Shown here piece after piece: positions 47,410 through 58,150 of a stretch of DNA of 64,000 bases. Every line of letters begins with the position of its first letter. Position 1 is the stretch's first letter. Below the pieces are notes generated by a model, which had not been told where the DNA came from, searched no databases, and worked only from the letters and a program-made list of their open reading frames with translations. Position numbers and translations under genes: made by a program. The stretch is taken from NCBI GenBank assembly GCA_001643675.2, contig LSRY02000005.1, positions 558,001 to 622,000 on the forward strand, given 5' to 3'. Origin of the DNA: Monocercomonoides exilis PA203. Lineage: Eukaryota > Protista > Preaxostyla.

Positions 47410-47525
47410 TTATTCGAATAATAATAACTTATTCCAATAAACAAAGTTTATTCGGAATAAATTATTTTTATTGGAATAAAAAAAATTAATTGGAATAAAC
47501 TCTGGCTTTTCGGAATAACTTTTTT
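47410..47525. repeat. Array of 12-bp palindromic motif TTATT(C/G)(G/C)AATAA, ~20-bp period
   Basis: TTATTCGAATAA, TTATTCCAATAA, TTATTCGGAATAA, TTATTGGAATAA, TAATTGGAATAA and TTTTCGGAATAA in succession. Confidence 0.75.
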
Positions 47526-47869
47526 CGAAAAAAATTTATTGTGGTTTTCAAAAAAATTCACTTGAATCACATTCTTAAAAAGCATTTATATGTTAATTAA
47601 TTCCACTTATATTTTGGAAAAAACTATTTAATTGGCAAGATTTTGTTTAAATGCATTACGATTAGAAATTTTATGAAATGTTATTAAAATTGAATGATGA
47701 CATAAAATATTCTTCAATTTGCAACTAATAAAAGCAATCAAAAAGAGACTTACAGTTAGTAATAAATTATAATTTATCATTTCGCTATGTTTGTTAATTC
47801 TTTTTTTTTTTTTGTAATTTTTCCATCTTTATTTCACATTTATGATAAAACATGATAAAAAAACCAAAA

Positions 47870-49250
47870 ACAATATCCAATTGCAAAAGGAAAAATATTT
47901 AAATGAAATTGTTCCAGATACCTGATTATACATGTTATTCGCCCCTCCACTTGAAACTGTATTAATTAAAAATGATGATGTTCCAGTTGTTTTTGAGTCA
48001 TTCAACTCACACCAAGTGAATGAATTCACCCCATCGTCGATTATCTGCTTTCTCATAGACTCGAAGGGTTCCTTAAATTGCCTGGATATTCAATATTTTG
48101 AGAGAAATGGCATCAAAAAACAGGTGTTCGAGGTGGCCAATAATAACAAAGATGACAATAAAGAAGAAGAAGAAGAAGAGTGAGAGGGAGAGAAGCAGGA
48201 CGATCTGTATGAAAATAGAGGAATCTGTTATGTCTGAAAAGAGAAAGGTCTTCAATCTCTGGCTGATGAGAGAGAAGTGTCTGTCTTATCCAATTCAGCC
48301 AATAAGCTACCCATGCAACCAGAGCGAGGCTGTGTAGATGGCTGTAGAGGATGGCATGCTGCACGAGGGTGTGAGAACGCTGCTTGAATTGGCGCAAGAT
48401 GGCTGTGCTCGTCTGCGATGTGTTTTCAGCTCATTAAAGAGTGAAACCATTAACACACTTGGCGATGAGCTTCTTGTCGCGTTGTGATCAATCCCCACAT
48501 GCCCCACCTCCAGTTGACCAGAAGATATGCTGAACAGAGTAGTTGCAGGCGAAGAAAGAGAATTCGTCCCAAACACACTCACTGTCTTCCCTCTCCCTGT
48601 TATTATTATCTTCTTTTCCCCAACACTGATCGTCGCCCCTTCGCTCACATGCTTCCCACCCAGCAAAGTGATTGTCGAGCTCAGCTGCGCCATGCTCGAC
48701 TCCACTGCATGCCCCACTGTCTTGCAAGGTGCTGACTCACTCATCCCACACAGATTGCTCGTGTCATCCCCACCCACCCCAACATACCGATACTTCATCC
48801 CTTCCTTCAGCCAATCCTTCTTTTCTGTGTGCTGTGAAAAAGAATAATACACCCTTTGTTATATTGGCAGCACACCATATTGTTGCCGGTATTCATTGCA
48901 TACGATTCATTGAACGAGTTGCATGACGAAAAAAGATAATTTCCATCATAGAAGAACACGACATGGCAATAAAGAGTAAAAGCAATGCTTATGCAATCGT
49001 TGAAGAAGAAGAATTAGCTTCAATTGTTGTCACTTGGAATAGTTGATTGATACATATTAAACTGCAAGCTTCCCCCGGATAATGTTGCGTTGTACGAAAA
49101 AACTGAATATTCCTTATTTAGAATGAAGCTGGTACACTTTGGCATTATAGTTCTCCACAATTTAAATTTGATGCAAGCGTGAAGCGTCCATGCACTCGCA
49201 CATTCATGCTCCTTCAAAAGTCCCATTTTGCAATTGAAATGATTTTAAAT
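47870..49250 (-). pseudogene. Mosaic of fragments from multicopy surface-protein families
   Basis: 48440-48852 encodes a knuckle module (YVGVGGDDTSNLCGMSESAPCKTVGHA..FSISSGQLEV) resembling 35220-35640. The frame breaks upstream, there is an abrupt junction near 48440 to an unrelated coding-like fragment, and a third fragment (FTWCELNDSKTTG..SSGGA) contains stops. Confidence 0.65.
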
Positions 49251-49667
49251 CAGAAGTCAATCAATAATAACAATTTTATCGTATACTGCTTAAAGTCTAA
49301 TTCAGAATAATATTTTGCGAGTCTGTTCCTTTAACAGCAAACAAATAGTTCTATCTTTTCTCACATTATCATCATTTCTTCTTTCTCTGTAGAATACTCT
49401 CCAAATATTGCTTATCACCAGTTCTATCTATATTTTGATAAATATCATTTTTAAGATTTTGCAGAATTAATTGCCATTCCATTCGATCTCCAATCCTTTG
49501 GCACGAATTTTCAGATAATCATTTTTTGATTTATGACCATAACTGTTAAACATAAATTGTCGGAATTGAACTCTCACGAATAAATATTGTTTATTTGACA
49601 AAATATATTTTTATTATTCAGTTCATTCGAATTGACAAAAAGGATCATAAAAATTTTTGTTGAGGGA

Positions 49668-49795
49668 TTAATTGGAATAAACTTGGTCTTTCTGGAATAA
49701 ATTTTTTTAATTCGAATAAACTGGTGTTAACTTGAATAAACTTTGGTTATTCGAATTATTATTTTTATTACAAAAAAATTTTATTATTCCAATAC
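49668..49795. repeat. Second array of the same 12-bp palindromic motif
   Basis: TAATTGGAATAA, TTTCTGGAATAA, TAATTCGAATAA, TAACTTGAATAA, TTATTCGAATTA and TTATTCCAATA. 49668-49708 is a direct copy of 47486-47525. Confidence 0.7.
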
Positions 49796-50706
49796 CATCT
49801 ATTAATTTCCAAATAATCGAATTTAAAAAAATCCGTTTTAATAAGGCTTGATAACGTGAATAGTCTATTTGAATAGTTTTTTCTGTCAAATAACGAGCGA
49901 TAATAAAGCATTTCAAAAAACAAGAAAAAATTTCACACCGAATTAATTGGAATTTTTATTTTAAGGGTTCCGACATTTTCGAACCTAAAATAAAAAGATC
50001 CAAAAATGCAGAGAAAAAAATAAAGATAAAAAAACTTATCAAAAAAATTCTAGAATTTTCGTAAAATTTTGTTTTTTGAACTTTCAAATTTGATTGAATC
50101 TTTTTCGATATTGAGAACTTTTGGAGTCTACAACAAAAATAGAAGCAAATTAAAAGAAAATCATCCTTTTGCAATTCACAAATAAGTATTATTATAATCA
50201 CATTTCACATTAAAAATACAAACTCTAAATAATGAACTCAATATCGAGCATACAAAAATGAAGATTTGAAAATCATACAACTTTCGAATAAGTGAGTAAA
50301 AATTAAAATTTGATGTGAAACATCAAACCATCAAGCATTCTGATTGTATTTTCGCATAATAAACATAAAAATCGGTTAAACAAAAACGCAATTATCAAAT
50401 TCTATTATGCAGTGAACAGATAAAAACAAATGCAACTAAACAAATTTAATTTACTAACGTGTACAAATTGACTATCGAAAAATATATAAACTGAAGCAAA
50501 GCTTCTTGAAGAACAAAAACGGTTTAATTTCACAGAAAGGCTAACAAAAAATTTTTAAAATTCTATTAAAAAAATGAAGAAAAACACGGACACAAAAGAG
50601 AAATAAAAGAAAAGAAACTAAAAAATTTGAAACAATTCAAATGAATAAGAGAGGAAAATTAAATATGATACTCAAAAATTTCAAAAGCGCAAAAAATATT
50701 TCGTGC

Positions 50707-50714
<8 letters not shown>

Positions 50715-50754
<40 letters not shown>
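50715..50754. repeat. (GA)n microsatellite, ~20 units
   Basis: Seen directly. Confidence 0.9.
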
Positions 50755-50757
<3 letters not shown>

Positions 50758-51396
50758 GAATTGAAATATGAAAAGTCAGCTCAAAAGAATGAAGATATTT
50801 GCCAGTTTATTGAACAAGAAAATGAAAAAAATGGAAAAAATTCTCTAATGTCGAAATTCTGTAAGAATGAAACAAACAGAAAAGCATGCAAAAAAAATGT
50901 TACCAAAACGAAATGTTCAACAAACAAAAAGTACAAAAAAAGAATTGCCTCTCAACTCTCAATGGAGAAAACAAAGTTCTTTTATGCATTTTTTTTAAAA
51001 ATGAATACAACAATATAAAACATTGAGCTAAATCTTTCTATCAGCCATACGAACATCATAAAGCAAAGATGGCAAGTGAATGAGTTGGCTCTAAAATAAC
51101 TAACTGTTTCAAATATCTAGCATATCTTCTAAGCTCAGGAAGCATTTCGATGACATTTTTGAAAAATCATGGAAACATTTATGAAAAGCTTTCATCTTTT
51201 CAAAATGGAATTCAATCTTTCATCAATTCACATTTTCCATACAAATTGAATAAGCAGTTAAATTTTAGTTTTTTAGTAACACATAATCAACGTAGCAACA
51301 TATTTTGCACAAAATTTCGTTCATATAAAGATTCTTCACACATAATGGCACAATCCTCAGAAATACTACACATACCCCACTCTTTCATTTGTTCGT

Positions 51397-53038
51397 TCAT
51401 CCATTCATCCAATCCTGAATGCTCTCCATAATCTGCTCTGTGCAAAATATATGCGGCTCGCTATTCCTCAGCCAGACACCTACCCCGATCGCCCTGTGCT
51501 GCAGTGCAACCGCTGAGTCAAAGAGGCCTTCTTCTTCACAATACGCAAAGATCCGCCTCCCCAACACAAACCAGCTGTCTCTCTTCGAAGGGAAGACTGA
51601 AATATGAGCACTGCCTCCAAATCCCTCTTCATTCTCTCCGTCTTCATCATCCTCATCCTCATCTTCGTCCTCCAATTCCCCCTCTGACTCACCAGCCTCT
51701 CGTTTTCGCCTATCTCCTTCGAATGCGTCGAATTTACCATCAGTCTTAATCAAGCACTCGTAGTTCTCTGCTTTAAACGACACTTCATCTGCAGCTGTTG
51801 AGTCCCGAATGGCAATAGACGAAGGGCCACTCAAAACAGAATCCTCTAAATGGATCTCAGGCGTCGTTGCTGCTGCTTCACAGCAAGACTCACTCTTGTC
51901 GGCAGACTGCCTGCCATTCTGCTCGCTCACCAATGGCGTGTCTTCTTGTTCTCTTCTGCTTGACTTCTCAGAGCTATTAGTTTTCCGATTGTTTGAAGAT
52001 GCTTTATGCTTAATTCGCAAAACAGGGCATTCGTCTTTACATTTACAGGCACATTCAATTTGCTTTCCATTTTTCTCGACTTCTGCTTCTGCCTCTGTTT
52101 CTTCCTCTTCCTCTTCAACTTCATCGTTCACCTGCCTCTTTTCCTCTCTTTTCCTCGCTTTCTCTCTTTTCATCTGCTTTCTGTTGGCTCTTTCTCTCTT
52201 CCTCTTTCGGCTCCTCCTCATCCTCTCCTTCACTTTCGACAGCAGCTGCAGAAGCAGATTGCACCACATCTCCAGACTCCATTCATCAGTTGCCACTGCC
52301 CCTCTTCCAATTCCAATGGAATGCCGCTGGTACTTCCGATGAAAGGGCACTTGAGAAGCAGAAGAAGAAGAGGAGGAGGAAGAAGATGATGATGATGACT
52401 GCAATGCATTTGAATTCACATTTATATTAGACTCATTTTGATTGTATGCCTTTCCATTAGTGGCTGTATTATAAGCATAAGCAAAAGCAGAAGAAGTTGA
52501 TGAAGGAGGCAAAGGCTGGTTGTAAGCAATGTTGAATGGCGATGAAAAGGGTATGACAGACAAAGAAGACGGCGACGGAGGAGAAGAAAGTGGATTGACA
52601 GACAGAAACCGAGGCGACTGAGAGGGAGAAGGGCAGGAAGAAGGAGAAGGTGAGACAAAAGGAGAGTTTGAGGCGAACATGAATGGGCGAGTGGGGATGC
52701 TGAATGGAGGAGAGACGCAGCTGTTGTCGAGCTGAAGGCCAACAAATGAAGGAATAAACTGGTTTGTTGATGCGAGTGAAGGAGAAGTGACTGCAGAAGA
52801 AGAAGAAGAAGAAGAAGAGGGATGAAGAAGAGCTTGCTGTTGGAGAAAGGAGTAAGATGTGGAGGGAGATAAAGAAGGTCTGTTGGATGTTGTGGAGGAG
52901 ACAATTTGATTCTGAGAATTTAATGGAGTGAGAGAAGGATCATACAAAGAAGATATGGCAGAAGGTTGCGTGTCTGAGGGCATAAAGGGGGAGTAAGCAT
53001 TTGAAGCAGAATAAGATGAAGAAGAAGAAGAAGAAGAG

Positions 53039-53069
<31 letters not shown>

Positions 53070-56000
53070 CAAGTGTTTGATTGAATAAAGAAAACACAAC
53101 TGGCTTTGGAGGGGCACCAGATGAATGATTGGAAGAATGTTGAGAAGAAGGAGAAAGAGAAGGGTACAAAACATTTGAGGAACTTGAAGTGGATGTTGGC
53201 TGTTCTGAGGAATTTATAGAGGAAGAGGAAGAGGAAGAGGAAGAAGAAGTTGGCATATTTGGAGAGAATTCAGATGAATTGTGCGATGTAGCAGGCAACG
53301 CTGTTCCAACTTGCTGCGTATGTGATTGAGAAGGGAAAGAAGAAGAAGAAGAAGAAGAAAGGGAAGAAAACTGTGCTTGAGGAGGAGGAGGAGGGGGTGT
53401 TGATGTGAGAGGGCAAAGTGAAAGCAAAATGGAAGGTGAATCAGAAGAGCTGCTGTAATTGGAAGACGACAGAGAAGAAGGAGAAGAAGGATATTCAGAA
53501 TACAAAGAAGACGAGGAAGATGAAGAAGAAGAATTCGAATTCAATGCAACAGAGGAAGTAGTGTAGCTATGAGAGATCAGCAGCTGTGTAGAGAGGGAAG
53601 TGTGGAATGTTGAGTGGGGTGTGGATGCAAGTGCCATCGAAGGCGACTCACAACCCGACAATGATTGGAACCCTCCCACACACAACTCTCTCTCTTTCTC
53701 TCTCTCCTTCTCATATTCAATCTCTCTTTCTCTCTCCTTCGCTTTCGCTTTCGCCTTTGCTCGTTCTATCTCTGCTGCAATCTGCAGCTCCCTCTCTCTT
53801 TCCTTCTCTTTCTCCTTCTCCTTCAGCCACGCCCCCACTTCAATCCTCTCCCCACACCCACACACTTTCTTCACCATCACCTCCAGCATCCCATTCATCA
53901 TCAGCGCTGCCACAATCTCCTTCGAACCCTTCGCTAAGCACTCGCTCATGATCTCCACAAGTGGATCATTCACTTTCTTCCCTTCCTCGTCGGCTGCCAG
54001 CTGCAACAGTGACTGCAAAAAGGGTGAAGGAGTTGCAAAGAAGAGGAGCTGACGCACTTCAGATGAGGCGTGGAAGAGAATGGAGGTGCAATGCAAGAGA
54101 TGAAGGATGACTTCACTGCGAAGAGAGGAAGGAGAAGAGAGGGTGAATGAAGACGGAGGACGAGGTGGAGGAGAATCAGAACGAGAGGGAGAGGAAGATG
54201 GAGGAGAAGAGGAAGAGGAAGAGGAAGAAGAAGAGGAAGAGGAAGAGGAAGAAGAAGATGATGATGAAGATGAGGAAGAAGATGAAGCAGGAAAAGCAGT
54301 TGAATGACTGTTCAAATGTTTTGAGGAAGCAGCTAATTGTGAAGTGTCAGGCACGTGAAGTGGTTGGCTGGGCGATGAAGTGAGTGAAGTGATTCTGGAC
54401 TGTGACTGAAACTGAGACTGAGACTGAGACTGAAGCTGTGATTGTGAATGCGAATGAAGTTGCAATTGGCTCTGGGATTGCAACGGGCATTCGTCTGACA
54501 TGTCTGCGAGAGAATGGGACGAGTGAATAGAACCGATTGGAGCGTGTTGTGTGTCTGCTGGCCTGAGCGCATCGCTTCTGGATGGCCCAATCATTTGATA
54601 GGGCAACGGCACATTTTGAGAGGAAGCATTGAACCGACTGCTTTCTGCTTGAGAGGAAATAGAAGAAAGCGCAGAAAGAGAAGGCGAGGCAACAAGGGCG
54701 GTCAGATTGGAGTGGGCAAAAGAACGGTTGGTAGGAGGAACAACAGGATACGAAGTGAATGGAGAGTTGTATGCAGATGAAGAAGTAGCTGCTGCAAATA
54801 TCGATGGAGACGACACATTCTGAGAGGCTGGGGAGAAAGAAGAGGACACTTTCGCTTTCATCGTTTGACGTCTGCTGGCATATTGTGAGGAGCTTGAAGA
54901 GACCAAAGAGGAGGTCGACGAATAATGAGAAGGAAGCGGACGAGCACCAGAAAGATAATGCATTGAATTCTGCTTATAAGCCCTGGACGAGCGCGATGGC
55001 TTCACATCTTCAACGACATCGTCATCGTCTGAACCCCATTCGTCATACGGCTCATCTCTTCTATCATCGTATTCTTCATCTTCATATGCTCCGTCTTGAT
55101 CAGCTAAGATAACTTCATCATCCTCCCCTTCCTTCTCATACATTCCTTCATTTCTCCTCAGCAACTGCTTGTCTTCCCCATTCTCCATTCTCTCATCAAA
55201 CCGACGCAAATAATCTCCTTCCTGTTCCTCCCACTCTTCATCGCCGATGTCTATTCCCAAATCCATCAGCTGCTCTCTTCGCATCCTCCTCGCTATCCAA
55301 TCATCTGCATGTCTGTTCTGATACTCTTCGCTCTTCTGTGGCAATACTCCGTTTGCATGCTCTCCAACTGACTGCCTCCTCAACTCCTCCCCAATCCAGT
55401 CCTCGTCCTCATAGTTTGTGCCTCGCATCCATTGAGATTGTTCTTCTCCCTTCTGATTTATCCTCTTCAGATCTTCGCTGTCGTCATTGATTCTTTCTCC
55501 TTTTCCGCCCTTTCGGATACTGCCACCGTCCATTCCTTCTTTGGCTCGTCTCAAGTCCTTTTCAAGAAAGCCTTTGGAATTTGGCTTGTTGGATTTAATA
55601 CAATTTCTGAATAATCCTGTAAGTTTGCTGAAGAAATTAACATCTCTTTTGGCAGGCGAAATGTTGTTGCATTCCAGCAGACAAATCTCTTCATCTTTAT
55701 TTGCTTCTATGCCACATGCACTTCCTTTGTTGCGCAATTCAAGAGCATCCGTTCTTTCCTTTTGTGCTTTACATAATCCTTCCTGTTGCGTATTTGCAAA
55801 TACACTGGGATTTAGACGAGCTGCCTCTATCATCTTCCAACGCTCTTCTCTTACGCGTTTCCTTCTCTCGCGCTCTTTCCGCCAATTTCTCCGCCCTTCC
55901 CGATGCAGCTCCTCCATCACTTGGCCCATCACACCCATGACGTCACACTTCTTCAGCAAATCCATCAGCCTGTAATGGTTTGACCGAAACAGCAAACACA

Positions 56001-56913
56001 ACACGCAAAGGGACTCGGAGACAATCAGTCGCGAAATCGGCTTTGAACGCATCAGCGGGAGCTGTGCTGTGATTAATGCAAACAAATATCTGTCAATTCG
56101 ATGCTGCAAAAAGGCATTCACAAAAAGAGGAGGAGAAACTTTTTCAAAATTCGAAAAATACCATTGGTATATGAAATAAAGAATTGAATCAAAAAATTTA
56201 TAATTGCAACCAATAATTCAAAAAACATATTATCATACAATCTCTTTCCTCGCTTAAACAACGGAGAGCAAACACGGCTCTTTCTGTTATTTCGAGATGT
56301 TCATCGTCGGAATGTGACTGTTTTATTTCAACAACAAGGGTGGACAAAACTTTATCTTGAACTGTCGGACTCACTCCACGAGCCTTTCCTGCATAACAAT
56401 CTCCTATCACCCGATAAAACCTATAGTCATGGGACGACTTTCCATTTTGAAAATAGCCACATGTTGTTTCTCTCCAATCAATTCCCATAAAAACGCTGCA
56501 TGGATTATCTTCGTGAAGCAATACATTTCTCGCACCACATTCAAAAATTGTCGATATAGCGCTCATCATCATTGTTCTTTGATCTTCTGTATCATCGGTC
56601 CAAATGAGCATATCGCAAAGTTCACGATGGAGAGTTGAATCAAAATATTCTAGAAGAGAGATAAGATCTAGCTTGAGAACTCGTTTATAAAACTCTTGCA
56701 AAATTTCTTTTTTATTTTTTGATTTTTCATTGACTTTTCTTCCAATGATTTCTGCGGACAAAAAAAGAAAAAATACAGGCAAGTAACATTTAAAAAATTC
56801 AATATCACACGAGAAATACACGTAAACGGGACCGGCTTGAGCTCATAGTATGATCCAAAACTATCTCCACGTGGATACACTTTCTTTTGTAATTGAGATG
56901 TGGTACATCCCAT
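51397..56913 (-). CDS. Uncharacterised N-acylated, poly-Ser-rich protein with helical (ARM-like) segments, 3 exons (56913-56811, 56751-56239, 56138-51397)
   Basis: Starts MGCTTS. GT-AG introns 56810-56752 and 56238-56139 join three ORF-track frames without stops. Helical blocks (ITERAVFALRCLS, IVSESLCVLCLL, VILHLLHCTSIL) are separated by long poly-Ser or acidic tracts. Confidence 0.7.
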
Positions 56914-58150
56914 CCAGTGTGGAATTCGTGTAATTCTCAGATCCCATAAATAGTTTTTTTAATTGCATTTGTGTAAAAATTCAGTCTTGTATAAAATATA
57001 ACATAAAAACAAAGAGTAACAAATACCTAAGAAACAATTAAAACTTAAGACATACATTCACTACTCATTATACATTAAATGCTTCGAGATGCAACAGAAA
57101 CAAATACCACTAAATAAAAATTTTGTTAAAGAAACATAAAAGGCTTTAAAAAAGTGGGGAAATGAGTAATAAATGTGAATAACAATAATAAATTAACAAA
57201 AAGGTTAAATAAAGGAAGTGACAACTAATGACGATTGAATTGAGGATAATAATAAACTAAAAAGTTCAAAAAAACTTTTTTTCAACAAGCAGAAAGCTGT
57301 TGAAATTCTAAAATTTGTGCTTTGGTAAAAATAATAAATTAAGAGAAGAAATAAGACTATATCGATGAAAAATAGCCGGAATGCGCATTTGTGAATGAGT
57401 GCTGACGCAACTATATCAATATGGCCTCGAAATAAAAAAAAAAGAAAGAAAGAAAAAATAAATAATTATGAATTTGTCGTTGATAAAAGAAGCACAATGC
57501 CAGCATCCTCTTCAAAATAAAGACAAAAAGCAAACAAAGCGAAAATAAAAAAAGAGCAAAAATTACACGAAAAGAAATACATATTTGCAAACGAAACTTA
57601 AAATGGAAGAGAAATGAACAAAAGACATCAAGAAAATGGCAAAGCAACGAAATTACTGTTATTTTGAAAATCGACGATATTATAATGTACATCGTACAAG
57701 AAAGAAGAGAAAAGATTATTAAAGTTGAAAAAGAAAAGGAGAGAAGAAAGAACAAGAATAGAATGATAAAAAGAGAGAGAGATGAAAGTTGCAGAATTAT
57801 ATCAAAAGTCAAAGAAAAAAAAAAAACTGGAAAAAGAAAAAGAAAATTGAAAGCAGGCATTAACTTCTTTTTAGACAACCAAAAATCGTTAAAAAGTTCA
57901 TAACAAAAGCAAAAAAAAATATAATCATGTGGTTTAAAAAATGAAGTGATTCTACATATTTCCACTACATGAAGAAATATTCATAGATAAGTGACGAACA
58001 TAAACATTAGGAAAACAGAATAAAGACACTAAAATAAATGTACATGATGAGCAAATGTACAGAAGAGGTCCAATAGATTGCATTTAAGAGGAGTACAGAC
58101 AGCGAAGTGAGCATTCATGTATAAAAGATTGAGCATGTGTCTTAATTCGT

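Noticed and set aside
47410-49795. CRISPR-like interpretation of the periodic palindromic repeats
   Set aside because: Repeats are ~12 bp and degenerate with ~8-bp spacers; there are no cas genes and the context is eukaryotic.
50641-51018. 125-aa Lys-rich ORF, and similar ORFs at 57411-57965 and 57664-57903
   Set aside because: Low-complexity intergenic or UTR sequence, the first containing a (GA)n microsatellite.
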